Assembly (NCBI RefSeq): GCF_018977255.1
Contig: NW_024704743.1
Coordinates: forward strand, 109,618,001 to 109,682,000
Direction of reading: 5' to 3'
Origin: Callorhinchus milii
Taxonomy: Eukaryota
DNA: 64,000 nt
The translations under genes were made by a program, and so were the position numbers. This document shows, piece after piece, positions 1-12,592 of the stretch. The notes under the pieces were generated by a model, which saw nothing but the letters and a program-made list of their open reading frames with translations, made no database searches and was not told where the DNA came from. Within the stretch, counting starts at the first letter, position 1. Every line of letters starts with the position of its first letter.

Positions 1-299
1 GTTTGCCCTCTGATTGCGGAATAATCCCTGGAACGACCAATCTGTTTGTGGTGAGGTCTTGTGGCATCTGGGTAATGAGAACTGTTTGATCAATTAAATC
101 AAATATTCCTCAAGTTGTATATCAAGATATAATGACAGCTGCCTTCACTTGAATTGTTCAGGCTCACGGCATTTCCAACAAATCGATTGTTATGGAATTT
201 TACTTTCAGAGACCAAATTGTTTCATATAATTGCATCTCATTAGTGCTGCTTCACTAATTCTCTGTAAAAAAAAATTCTGATTTTAGTCTGTTACGGTC

Positions 300-558
300 A
301 TAGCTTGTCTCAGTTGGTAGCCCTTTCAATCTCTGAGTCTTAAGCTTGTAGGTTCAAGCCCCATGTTGCACACAGCAAGGTTACACAAACAGCCATGGAG
401 TGAGTGACCAATTTTATCTGGGAGATTGTTGGCCAGTGACACCAAGGGAAATTCTGTTCTCTTTTTGAATGCTGCCATGGTATCTTTAACACTCACTTGG
501 GCAGGCAGACGAGATCTCAATTTAACATCTTATCCAAAGGATGGCATCTCTGACAATG
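300..558. mobile_element. DeuSINE-like SINE: + strand tRNA-like head joined to an inverted (-) body fragment
   Basis: Head CTCAGTTGGTAG..CTCTGAGTC..GGTTCAAGCCCCA at 300-365. Positions 366-558 are the reverse complement of the body seen at 6590-6750. Confidence 0.7.
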
Positions 559-569
559 GATTTTATCTC

Positions 570-830
570 GCAAGCTTCCCACTGCTTGGCCAGACAGAAT
601 CATTAAAGCAGTGGTGGCCAAATTCTTTGGTTAGCAACAAAATAAATGTTTCTTGTTTGAATGTTTCTTGATATATGGCATAAACCTATGCTATTTTGTT
701 ATTTCTATCATTATTCTGTTGGCCAACCAAAATAATTGGCCACCACTGCATTAGAGCTTTGGCTTGCAGGGTTAATTGGTGACGATAGGGAAAGATCCCC
801 ATTCCCAGTGAGAAATGTGTTCCAGAATGT
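570..830. repeat. Unclassified dispersed repeat (GCAAGCTTCCCACTGC family), split by a MITE
   Basis: After removing 609-748 it aligns by eye with 38236-38330. Positions 570-589 match the reverse complement of 53079-53097 with one mismatch. Confidence 0.65.
609..748. mobile_element. 140-bp hAT (Charlie-like) MITE
   Basis: Perfect 13-bp TIRs CAGTGGTGGCCAA (609-621) / TTGGCCACCACTG (736-748), extending imperfectly inward. 8-bp TSD CATTAAAG (601-608) / CATTAGAG (749-756). Confidence 0.85.
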
Positions 831-1102
831 GAGGAACTCCCTCTTCCTTTTGAAACCATATTAATCAGTTGATACTAAGAAAATAAATTGTCACGGTCTT
901 GAGTCTACCTACAATGAAAGCTTTATTAAATGACAGCTCAACATTCACTCCTATGATTCAGAATACAAGTATGAGAATCATGTAACAGTTCTAATTCAAC
1001 ATGATAGAAGATCTCATTCCAGATTTCCTTCAAAGCAGGCACTTTACATTGCTAAAATACAGGGGCAGTATATAGATGAATGCATTAACAAATGGGATGT
1101 GT

Positions 1103-1290
1103 AATAATCCTTATATTTGATACAGAGAGTTATCTCATCATTCAAACATCTCAAAGGGCTTTACAGGATTTTTCTGTAAAGTGTCGTGCCTATGTATTTT
1201 GTAGATGAACGTGGCAGCCAATTTGCACCCAGCAAATATTGCACAAAGGATCATGAAGTGAATGGCCAATTTTATCTGGAGGAATTGTCA
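1103..1290 (-). mobile_element. DeuSINE-like 3' fragment
   Basis: TAATAATCCTT..ATTTGATA tail and GGCAGCCAATTTGCAC core in reverse orientation. Confidence 0.65.
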
Positions 1291-2057
1291 AATTGAGTTG
1301 TGTACTTTATGCTTTGGGGAGCTATCGTTTCAGTTTCTGAAGCTAACCTCGAAATCACAAGGAAGATTACAAGAAGTCACAAAGTCCTTCTGCCCATTTG
1401 ATCACACCCTTCCAAGTACTCACCCATCCCATTACCACAGCTGGATATTCCTTAAATGAGCCCAGTCTCCTGGCCTTTGCCACCCTTCCTGATCATATAA
1501 GAGACTGTGCTTCTCCCAGAAAGCCATGGAAGATGAATTAACTGAGGGATTTAGGAAAGAGATGGAGAAGTACTCGGAGAGTAAAAATATCAAGGGATAT
1601 GGTAAGAATATGGATGTAGCGCATGGAATAGTTTGTAATGGAGTGCTTTGATAGGCAAAATGGGCTTCTCCTTTATTAAATGCTGTGCTTTTCTACAAAT
1701 AACACTCACTACACTTCACACAAAAAATCCTGTGAAATGCTCTGAGACTTTCCAATGTTATAGGCATTGTATCAAATTAAAGGAATATATTAACTAATAT
1801 TATCATTGAGGCTACATACATGCATGTCCAAGCACTGGTCAAATCAAGTCAGTATGTTCACAGTGTTTCTACCCCACGTTATGTTCAATACTTGGGGGTG
1901 AAATCTGAAACAGAATTTCACAGAGAAGTTTTGAATTAGGATTCCACATTCATTATCTAAATGACATCTAAGCAACTGCATTGGGTCGCAGGGGAAAAAT
2001 AAATTTAGTGACATTTCTCCCCTTGCCCCCTATCACACACAATCACATATAACATTT

Positions 2058-2838
2058 AAGAACGTAAGAAATGCTAGATGAAAAAAGACTAAAGTTGATC
2101 TAGTTCGTCTTCCACCTTCCTGGCAGTCGCATGAACATATGTCCTAAACTACCTATGTGCTATATCCTATAATGTTATTTCCTAAAATAAATCTATCTAA
2201 TCTGTGTTTGAAAGAATCAACACTTCCTGCTTCAACTGTCTCCCTAGGCAGCCTGTTCCACATTCGCTCACTAAAATATTGTTGCATAGATTTGTTTTGA
2301 ATTTACCCCCTATGTACTCTGGTTTTACTATTCTGGACAAGTTGAAACAGTCTATCATGATCTATATTGTCTAGCCCCTTTAGAATCTTAAAGATAGCAA
2401 TCATATCGCCTCTCAATCTTCTCATTCCCAGGGTGAACATGCCCAATTTACTTAGTCGCTCCTCATAGTCCAGTCCTTCCATTCCCTCATCATTTTGGTT
2501 GCCCTCCTCTCTGTCGTCTCGATTTCTTCAATATCCTTTTTGTACTCCACACAGTACTCTAAGTATGGTCTCACTAATGATTTATACAGTGGCAGGATTA
2601 CCCCACTATTTCAACTTGTTATTGATCTTTTGATACATCGCAACATCTGGTTAGCTGTATTCACTGCTACAGAGCATTGTTGGGAGAGCTTAAATTTATT
2701 GTCAATCAGGACCAGAAACTTTTCCATACATATTATTTTCCTTCTGTTCAAATAATAGTCCTTTCCAGGATTTATTGTCCCCATGTGAAGTACTTTACAT
2801 TTCTCCACATAGAATTTCATCTGCCACTGATCTGACCA
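2058..2838 (-). mobile_element. CR1 LINE 3' part (older subfamily), left half of a split element
   Basis: ORF 2611-2820 MKFYVEKCKVLHMG..QQCSVAVNTANQMLRCI is the CR1 RT C-terminal region. A 3' UTR lies near 2060. Confidence 0.85.
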
Positions 2839-3316
2839 GGGAACAGGCTATCCTAGATCTTGTTTTGTTTTCAAATAGGGTTAATCAGCAATCTGGAAGT
2901 TAAGGCTCGTCTAGGGCAGATGATGGAATTTAACATTAGTTAGAGAGGGATATAGTTGAATCCGATGCAAGAGTCTTGATTCTAAATAAAGCCAACTTTG
3001 TAGGTATGAGAGAAGATTTGGCTAAAATAGACTGGGAAATTAGATTAAAAAATATGACAGTAGACCAGTAAATGTTTAAAGATAAATACATATTTCCCAG
3101 CGATCACATATTCCCTTAAAAAAAATACCACGGGAAAAGTGGTTCAACCTTGGCTAACTAGAGAAGTTAGGGAAAGTATAACATTAAAAGAAGAGGCCTT
3201 ATAATGCTGCCAAAAAGAGCAGTAAACCTGAGGATTGGGAGTGCTTTAGAGATCAGCAAAGGAAAACTAAGAAACTGATTAAGAGGGAGAAAATAGAATA
3301 TGAGGGTAAACTAGCT

Positions 3317-3380
3317 AATTTATGTAGAATTATATATTATATCTTTAAGGGCCAAATGGCCTACTCCTGCTCCTACATGT
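3317..3380 (+). mobile_element. Micro-insertion: AT-rich filler plus CR1 3' terminus
   Basis: Ends GGGCCAAATGGCCTACTCCTGCTCCTACATG. Flanked by TAGCT at 3312-3316 and 3381-3385. Confidence 0.7.
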
Positions 3381-3605
3381 TAGCTGGGAACATAAAGACA
3401 GATTGTAAGAGGTTTTACAAGTACATGAAGAGGAATAAACTATCAAAAATGAATGTGGGTCCATTGCAGGCCCAGACAGGAGAAATTATAATGGGGAATA
3501 AAGAAATGGCAGAGTCATTAAACAAATATTTTGCTTCTGTCTTCACTTTAGAGGACACTGAAAACTTACCAAAAATAGAGGGGAACCTGGAGGCTAATGT
3601 TAGTG

Positions 3606-3666
3606 TTTAAGCACTCTGAGACGCCATACTGCGTGAAGGGCACTGTATAGATTCAAGTTGTTGTTG
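3606..3666 (+). mobile_element. L2 3' stem-loop micro-insertion inside CR1
   Basis: GCACTCTGAGACGCCATACTGCGTGAAGGGCAC..CAAG(TTG)n. TSD TAGTG at 3601-3605 and 3667-3671. Confidence 0.8.
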
Positions 3667-5316
3667 TAGTGAGGAACTTAAAAAAATGAACATCAGTAAA
3701 GCAATAGTACTAGGGACATTGATAGGATTAAAAGCCAATAAATCCCTTGGACCCGATGGCCTGCATCCTAGGGTTTTAAAAGAGGTGGCTGCAGAGATAG
3801 TGGATGCTTTGTTGTTTATCTTCCAAAATTCTCTGGATTCTGGAATGGTTCCCAGTGATTGGAAGGTCGCAAATGTAACGCTGATATTTAAGAAGGGTGG
3901 GAGACAAAAAATGGGGAACTATAAACCAGTTAGTCTGACATCGGTGGTAGGGAAAATTCTAGAGTCCTTAATTAGGGATGTCGTTGTGGAGTACTAAGAA
4001 AATCACAACATGATTAGGCAGTTAATATGGCTTTACGAAGGGAAATCATGTTTAACAAATCTTATAGAGGTTTTTGAGGATGTAACTAGAAGGTTAGCGA
4101 GGGGAGAACCAGTAGATGTGGTGTATTTGGATTTCCAGAAGGCATTCGACAAGGTGCCACATAAAATGCTGTTGCATAAAGTTAGAGCCCATGGAATTAA
4201 AGGTAATATATTAGAATGGGTTGGAGAGTGGCGAACAGGAAGAAAACAGAGAGTAGGGATAAACAGATCCTTCTCAGATTGGCAGGATGTGACTAGTGGA
4301 GTGCCACAAGGATCAGTGCTTGGGCCTCAATTATTTACAGTCTATATCAATGTTTTAGATGAGGAAATAGAACTTACATACCTAAATTCGCGGATGATAC
4401 GAAGATAGGTGGGAGAGTAAGCTGTGAGGATTATGCACAAAGAATGCAAAGGGAAATAGACAGGCTAGGTGAGTGGGCAAGAAGGTGGGAGATGGAGTAT
4501 AACGTGGGGAAGTGTGAAGTTATTCACCTAGGTAGTAAAAATAGAAAAGTGGATTATTTTCTAGAGGGGGAGAGACTAGATAGTGTTAGTGTTCAGAGGG
4601 ATTTGGGTATCCTTGTACACCAGTCATAAAAAGTTAGTATGCAGGTACAGCAAGCAACTAGGAAGGCTAATGCCATGTTCGGGTTTGTTGCAACAGGGTT
4701 AGAGTACAAGAGTAGGGAAGTTTTGCTGCAGTTGTATAAGGCCTTGGTGAGACTTCACCTAAAATATCGTGTGGAGTTTTGGTCTCCTTATTTAAGAAAG
4801 GACATACTCGCCTTAGAGGGGGTGCATTGTAGATTCACAAAGTTGGTTCCTGGGATCAGGGGTTTGACCTATGAGGATAGGTTGAGTAAACTAGGCCTAT
4901 ATTCCCTAGAATATAGAAGAATTAGAGGTGATAGAAACCTATAAGATTCTTAAGGGTCTTGACAGGGTAGAGACTGTTTCCCCCGGTTGGAAAATCTAAA
5001 ACTAGGGGTCATAGTCTCAAGATTAAGGGTCAGCCTTTTCGAACTGAGTTGAGGAAACATTTCTTCACTCAGAGGGTAGTGAATTTGTGGAATTCTCTTT
5101 CCCAGAAGGCTGTGGATGCTCAGTCCTTGAGCACATTCAAGACTGAGTTTGATAGATTTCTGAAGGATAGAGAGATTAAGGGATATCGGGATAGGGCAGG
5201 TAAATGGAATTAGATTAGAAGATCAGCCATGATCTTATTAAATGGTGGGGCAGGCTCGAGGGCCCGAATGGCCTACTCCTGCTCCTATGTCTTATGGTCT
5301 GATGGTCTTATGGTCA

Positions 5317-5765
5317 ATTCCCAAGTATGTACAAATCCTCCTCTAACCAATCTTGGTTAGCTTCACAATCTACTACCTTTATTAGCTTGGTGTCAATGCA
5401 AACTTAGCCACTGTGCTTGCGACTCCTAGTTCTAGATCATTTATAAAAGTTAGGTTATCCATCTCCTCCTTGGTAAAACTGATGCAAAAAACACTATTGC
5501 AGCCTGTGCAGCATTATTTGTCATGTTCTCTTCTGAACCCATTTTCAGTAGCTCTATTCAATTGCTTGTTTTTCTTCTATTCTTAATGTAATTAAAAAAC
5601 ATTTTGTTATTATTCTTCACATCTCTTGCCATATTCAATTCAAAGCTTTTCTTTGCCATTTTGATCCTCTTTTGCAGTCCTGGCATGCCTTCTGGTATTG
5701 AATCCAACTTAATTCTGTGCCATTTTCCTTCATGGCCTTAAATACCTTTTTTAATTCCGTGAACA
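5317..5765 (-). mobile_element. CR1 LINE, right half of the element split at 2838
   Basis: Minus strand reads FINDLELGVASTVAKFA.DTKL..DLYILGN and joins WSDQWQMKF at 2838. An upstream FASVFT-like segment follows an internal deletion. Confidence 0.8.
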
Positions 5766-5787
5766 AGGGAGAGAACGGAGAGAAGGG

Positions 5788-5822
<35 letters not shown>

Positions 5823-5825
5823 TAT
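5788..5825. repeat. (TA)n microsatellite
   Basis: Seen directly. Confidence 0.95.
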
Positions 5826-6492
5826 CTACCCCCTCTCTCCTTTCTCTTCCTTGTTCACAGAATTATTCAAGTGTACAACTGGAAAGATACCCACATTGCT
5901 ATAGTCCCAAACCTTATTATTTGCATCGAAACCCACATGGCAAGTATTACAGTGTTGTATGTCAAGCCCAGCAGGTCTCAAGCACCCAGTTTTAACTGCT
6001 GTTGCCCAAAAGTTGAGGAAGCGTAAACAAATACATTACTTGTGAGCAAGATAGGAGTGTCAGAGGTTGCTGAATCTCAATCAGTGGAAAACATTTCCTA
6101 ACAAAATCTCCATTTGATTGGAATTGGAGATTTTTTTTTAAGGTTTAAAATGAACTGCACATTTAAGAACCCCAATTGGATGTTTGAAGCTAAATCTGTA
6201 ACAGCACGTAAAAAAAGGAATTGGTTAAATACTAGAGGAAAAATGATAAAGCATGCTAATAATCCTTGCATTTAACATTGAAATGTCTCAAAGTACTTGA
6301 CTTTAAGACAAAGTGTTTGATTGTAAAGTGTTATGACTCTGAAGAAACACATAACAGCCAATTTATGCAGTGTCCCACATGCATCCATGAAGGGAATGAC
6401 TAACTTTTCTGAGAAATTGATGTCCAGGACACCAGAGAAACAAGGTAAAGTGAGGTAAATGACCTCCTTTGTGCTTTGAGATGGATATGATT

Positions 6493-6865
6493 CTGGCTCA
6501 GTTGGTAGCAGCCTCGGCTCTGAGTCAGAAGGTTATGGGTTGAAGCCCATGTTTAGGCTGACACTCCAATGCAGTGTTTAGGGCATTCTGAGATGTTAAA
6601 TCAAGCACCCGTTTTCAGGTGCATGTGAAAAATAACATGGCACTATTTAAAAAGAGAAGAGAGTTTCCTCCCGATGTGCTGGCCAACAATCTCCCAGATA
6701 AAATTGGTCATTCACTTTGTGGTTGTGTAAGAAACATTGCTGTGTGCAAATTGGCTACCGCATTTGCCTACAAGAACACACAGTGACTATACTTTACAAT
6801 AAGGTATCCTGTGAAATATTTTGAGATGTATTCCCGATGTGAAGGGAACTATACTAAATGTAACT
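6493..6865 (+). mobile_element. Near full-length DeuSINE/SacSINE1-like SINE
   Basis: tRNA-like head GGCTCAGTTGGTAGCA..CTCTGAGTCAGAAGG, body AGGCTGACACTCCAATGCAG..TTCAGGTG..CATGGCACTATT..AAATTGGCT, and an L2-like tail. Confidence 0.8.
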
Positions 6866-7064
6866 TTTTTAATTCTATCATGCAGCCCCTTTATAAATAA
6901 TTTCTTTATAGCACAAGTTCAGCTAGACAACAGCTGTGATGCACCAACCCAGAGACAGCTCACTCACTTCTCGTGTGCCAACTGCCTCTCATGCTGAAAC
7001 AGCTGACTTCATTAAGTTGCCAACAACATCCCATGTATGCACAAGGACAAGATCTGCTTTCAAA

Positions 7065-7250
7065 GGTTGACACCTCTGACAATGCAGCACTGTACTGGAG
7101 CAATAGCCTAGATCCTGAGTCATAACAATACTAATCCTTGCATTTTTATTATTTGTATTAAATTTTGATTACATAACGTGCCGACCTAGGATTTGAACCC
7201 ACAATCTTTCAGACTCAGAAGTGAGAGTGCTACCAACTAAGGTAAGCTGA
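7065..7250 (-). mobile_element. DeuSINE-like 5' fragment
   Basis: GACTCAGAAGTGAGAGTGCTACCAACT is the reverse complement of the head. Confidence 0.7.
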
Positions 7251-8289
7251 CGTGTGGCTACGTAATGGCAATGGGTTCAGTGAGGGACCAGGTGTGTAAC
7301 TGCCCAGTTAGCGTTGCTATTATAGACCTCGATGGTGAGACTAGAATGGGAAATCCCAGGTACTTCCATGACTTGAAAATATTTCGAAAACAGAATGATT
7401 TTGATGCAAGAGATGGGACAATATCAACCATCATATCTGAGCGACTTTGTAAAGTTGAACAGAAGCTCAAGGGTAAACTTGAAAGTCGTTTAATTAAGTA
7501 AATCTTGTTGAACTCATATCCACTCACATTCACCGGCTTATTCTTCTTAAGAAAAACTGATTCATTTTTTTTGCTGAATGTATTCCTTTAAAGTTCGCAA
7601 ATTAGACTCCCCTTAAATTGCCTTGGCAACTAACTGAATTACATTTTATACATTAATCATTTTTCTGAGTGTCTTTGAAGTGTATTAGAAAATAATTTAA
7701 TCTTGGAGCGGATTAAAAAACGGCGATTTGCAGCGCTGTTAAATTCAACCAGTGAGGACTTAAATTGTTCCCTTCATGGTTGCTTTGAGCTGGGAGTATC
7801 TGCATGAGCAATCTCTTGAATTTCTTTGTTAGGTTAATTGAAGGGACTCAGGAGCTATGGATTTTTTTTTGTCTGATGGACTTACTAAACTGTTCAGAGA
7901 GAACACTTTTGCATTTATAACTCTCCTGTTATTTTACAGGATGAAGCACAGCTTACAGTTATGTTTTTAACTGAAATATACAGCCAAAAGTTACTCAGAG
8001 TTTCTCAAAATATTAATCTGAAGCCTGACATTCAAATTAGAAGCAGAAAGCAGGATCCTCTGCATTTAGGAAATGCTTAACAGCTATAGTTTTGTGTTAG
8101 ATTTGTGTTAGAAAATCGTGTTGGCTTGTGTTAAGAGAGTGATCTACTTTGTGTGTGTGTATGTGTGTGTGTGTGCCGCCCATCTGATGTGCCCCTACCA
8201 TCAATGTGCGAGCTTTCAGCCATTCTACCCCTCTCCCTGGAATTGGATTCTGGTCCCTCTGTCTAGTGGCCTCCCTCCTGTCCACTAAA

Positions 8290-8455
8290 GAGGCAGACAG
8301 TAGCTTAGTTTAACATCGCATCCAAAGGATGACACCTCCAACAAGGCAGTACTACATTAGAGTAGCAGCTTACAGCCTAAATCTCAAAGGTCCAACATAT
8401 AACTTGAAGCCACAAACTTCTGAGTCAGAGGCGAGAGTGCAACCAACTGAGCCAT
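8290..8455 (-). mobile_element. DeuSINE-like 5' fragment
   Basis: TCAGAGGCGAGAGTGCAACCAACTGAGCCA is the reverse head. Confidence 0.7.
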
Positions 8456-9034
8456 GTTCAGTTTGAACTATCTTTTCAGCCATGCTTTGGTGCCTAATTT
8501 GAGAGAAATGAGTACCATTTGGGGTCTAATTGGCGATTTTTAAAATTAAGAAATGAAAGACTATCGAATTTCTAAAACATGGAATGTACTTAGGACTGCA
8601 TTGTTCGATTTCTGAAACTTTATTCTTCGAATTTTATGTTTTAATAATTGATAACCACACTTTTGTTATAAAGAAATATGTGTAATATGTATAAAAGTTG
8701 CAAGTGCAGAGGAAATCCTTTTCAGTGGTTGTTAATTACATAAAGTATCTAATTCCCTTTTGAAAGAATTTACAAACTCTGCCTCAAAAATGGTTTGCGG
8801 CAGAGAATTCCACATTCCAACCAGCCTCTATACAGTGCTTCAATTATCTTAAATTTATGCCGTCTCGTTACTGACATCCAGATCTGTGGAAAGAATCATC
8901 TGCATTACTATTTACCATATTATACACCTTCACGATATTAAAAACCTCTATCTGTCACCTCTTAGTATTCTGAGTTTGGCGTGTTGCCCCGATGATGAGC
9001 CACACCTTTTGGATGAGTGGCTTCTAGTGACCCC

Positions 9035-9260
9035 TGTTTGTTCTGAGTTTGCTGATCTCAGCTGAGGTGACAGGGGAAGCTAAATTGACCCTGGCTTCCC
9101 AGGGTTAAAGCGCGGAAACCAGCTCGGGTTCCTGCTGGTCTCATTACAGCACCCCCTACTGATTGTGCACATAGTAGCAACTGGGTGAGAAGAGGTCAGG
9201 CTCAACTGTGACACCGTTTATGATTGAGTAACCACATGAACAATGAGTTGGGTACCAGAA
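9035..9260. repeat. Unclassified old dispersed repeat (second copy at about 16075-16265)
   Basis: Shared blocks: GCTGATCTCAG..GGGG..TAAATTG..AGGGTTA..GG.AA..GG.TTCCT.CT..GTGAG. Confidence 0.45.
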
Positions 9261-9369
9261 ATCCACAAGAAGCTTTGCAACATCTCCCCCTCCCCCGCCC
9301 ACCACGTAAGAGCAGGAGCAGAGAGGAGAGAAAATTAGGAACACAAATAATTTATTGAATTTATATTAC

Positions 9370-9885
9370 AAAATATATCTTTTCTAGGTTCCAGTGAAAA
9401 AATATCTAAACTGAAGTCTCTTGTCATAACTGAAATTGCTCATGCCTGTTAACATCATAGTAAATCTATGCTGCAACTTTCAATTGTTTTTATATTACTT
9501 CCTATAATGAGGTGCCCAAACTGTGTAAAATACTCCAATTGTGTCCTAGCCAACATCTTTTTTAGGTTCAATATTATCTCAGTGGTTCTTGCATTCCACG
9601 CCTTTGGCTATAAAACAAGCAATCCATTTTTTAAATGGTCTTATCTATCTGCATTGCCATTTTTAATGACATGTAAGTCTGCAAACCAAGGTCACACAAC
9701 TCCATTCAACATCTTATCATTTAAGATGTATTTCCTTTCTCTATTCTTAATGTGAAAATGTACCAGTTCATATTATTTTGGCACGTGAACTCCAACCGAC
9801 ACCTGTGTGCCCAACCTGCTAGACTATTTTATTCTCCTGCAGTCTATTCACAAACTCTCAGCAGAATTTACCAAGTGCTCCAATT
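9370..9885 (-). mobile_element. Decayed CR1 ORF2 fragment (a further piece at about 8740-8965)
   Basis: Reverse strand encodes LEYFTQFGHL- and KVDKTIKK-like CR1 RT C-terminal sequence. Confidence 0.6.
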
Positions 9886-11267
9886 GCACCCATTAAAAAT
9901 ATGACACAAACAAATTTTGTATTCCACCCAGTTTGTAACGGACTGATGGGCAAAAATTCCATTCAGTGTTTCACTCATCGCCTTTGGCAATGTCAACACC
10001 TGATGGGATTCCCCCCATTATGGTTGCACACCACCACAGATGTGACCTCAGTCGTGGTTGAAAAAATAGGTTTTAAGATGGGATTTTAAAGAGGGCTAGA
10101 GGCAAGGCGAGATGGAGGGGTAAAGGAAAGGAGTTCCAGGGTTAGGTTGTAAGATCAGCCACTGATGATGACGAGGAGAGGACACGGAAAGTGCGAAGCA
10201 AGCCCCAGTTTTTTGAGCCGAAGGGGAGGCAAGCTAAAGTGTGGAGTAAGAGAAGATTGAATTTTCTACTGTAACTAAGGTTACCAGGAACGATGGTTGA
10301 GGTTAGGACGCTGGCCGGCTTGATGCTGTGATAGAAAGAGAGAAAGGTGGATACTGTGCAAGGATGAGATCAAATGAGTTGAAAGGCCTTCATCATCCAA
10401 ATCAATGTTGTGACCTTGTGAACTATCATTCATTTTGGAGAAGATCATTCTTTCACTGCCTCAGAGGAATAAGGGAGCAAAGAATGTAATGCGTGATGTG
10501 ATAATTACTGTTGGTGAGAATTATCACACACGGCATTTTACTTCCCATACTTTTGAGCAAAGGTTTAATTCTTGCAACACACATGTTGAACAAGTGTACT
10601 CACCCCTCAATAGCCCACTCCCTCCCCCACCTCACCCAAACTCAGCTGCGATCAGTGAAATGATCTTGAGACTTTCTGTCTAAAAGTGTCCGACCCACTG
10701 TAATTAAAAGGTTGGCTGGATTTTGAAAGGGGTTGAATTGCTGCTCAGGCTTCTCGTTCTCTTGAAGTAACTTGCAGATAAGCCGCTTCACAAGAAGCCA
10801 CTGAATGCGTGTTTAAGTCCCGTTTGTCATGGAACTCATGTGATATCGCAGTGGAGAGGATTTTCTTTCTCTCTCTCTCTCTGCAGCACTTTGCCAATGA
10901 AAAGAGATGGAGTTCCACGCTCAGTCTAATCTGTGACAGACAGCAACCTGACAGTGTTTGTTCTCTGTGACTTTTCATTGAGTAATGGCAGCGCACGCAA
11001 ATATTACAAATGGCTTGCGATCATGCTAGCTACTCATTTCTGCTTTCTCGGGGTGCCACTCACGAAAATTTACTGCGCTGCTGGACTGACGATAAGCAGG
11101 CAGCTCCTTCACCAAGAACTGTTAGTTCTTAGATCAGAATTAACCTTGTCTCAAGGGAACTGCTGACATTTTCCACAAACCCAGGCCTCATTCCAGTCAT
11201 CGAATGGAATCAGGAAATTAATACATTTATTCAAAAATAGAATGAATAGGTTATTACAAATATTAAG

Positions 11268-11545
11268 AGTAATAATAATCTTTGCATTTGATATTACACA
11301 TTTCCCCTTGGGTGTACACCGCAAAGCACTTCACATAATTTATTGTGAAGTGTAGGCAGTCTCAGCAGCTAATTTGTGCACAGCAATAAAGTGGTCAATT
11401 TTATCGGTGGGATTGTTGACCAGGACACCGGCTGAAACTCCCTTCAATTCTTGATTCGTGCTCTGGGATTCTTAACAACCATCTGAACAGGCAGACTAGA
11501 CTGGACCTTAGTTTAACATCACATCAGGAGCGTTTAACGATGACA
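11268..11545 (-). mobile_element. DeuSINE-like fragment
   Basis: TAATAATAATCTTTGCATTTGATAT tail followed by the reverse core. Confidence 0.65.
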
Positions 11546-12592
11546 GAGCTTGATGCTGAGCTGGGGAGAAGGGGGAACGTGACCAAAGCCATTTTTTGAA
11601 GAGGAAGATCTTCAAGTGCAATGTGAACATGGGAAAGGAGAGGTCAAGGCAGGGGGATTGAGGCAGAAAGTTCCATAGTTTGGTAGGTGTAATGGCTGAC
11701 ATCACGGCCGGCAATGGTGGAGCTGAGAACATGAGGGATATCTGACATTGTTTCCACAGCATTACTTTGAAAAGTGTACTCTTTTACGCTTTTCTCATTT
11801 TTCCAAAATGCAGGAACTACAGTCTGCAAATGATTTGCAGTCTGTGCCTCCCCTGTTTACTCTCAGTCCCTTTCTGCTTTCCCATTTGCAGAATCTCCTT
11901 CAGGGCTCGGATAATGGAACTTCAAGGCTGATTGATAGGGAATGAAATTAAAAGCTAAAAGTCAGTATTGTGAGGAAGAATAGATTGATGATTAGATCTT
12001 GCATTCTTTGTGTGTTCTCCTGCATACTTAGCGAGCAATTGGTGTCTGATTCCTGTGCTATCTTGCTAGGTGTTGATAGAAAGACAGAGCGCACTATCGT
12101 TCACTGTAAATGAAGCATCCAGGAGAAGGAATGAAAACAATCAAACTTGACGGGCAGCAAAATATAACTCTTGTAATTGTTTGTAAGCAATAATTCTTCT
12201 TTTCTTCCTAGGATACAAATCCAGCAAAAATGCATTGGAACTGCAAGTCACTTTGATGCAGAATGCAAGGCAGGCCAGACCAGGCCTTATTAAAGAGAAG
12301 AGAGTTTCTCCCTTTGCCCTGGTCAAGAAAATTCCTCAGAAAAAAATTGTTCATTCACTTCATGACACATATTAATGTGTTAATATCCCACTATCACAAC
12401 TCTGGGGTGTCAAAAGTACAATTACTCTGATTCACCAATTTTCAGACAACATGGAATTCATAGAACGTTAACACAGAAACAGGCCATTCCGTCCAACTAA
12501 TCATTGCCGCTGTTCATACCCCACTCCTATTCCCCTCTCTTGTACCTCTCTATATTCCATTCTTCCTGGTGTATTCATTACATTTCCTCTTG

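Larger units (their letters stand above)
2839..5316 (+). mobile_element. 5'-truncated CR1 LINE (ORF2 pseudogene plus 3' UTR)
   Basis: Frameshifted ORFs with [40 protein letters not shown] and LGLYSLEYRR. 3' end GCCTACTCCTGCTCCTATGTCTTATGGTC with terminal repeats. Confidence 0.95.

Noticed and set aside
7265..7501. 78-aa ORF in unique sequence
   Set aside because: There is no recognisable domain or convincing splice signal, and the length is compatible with chance.
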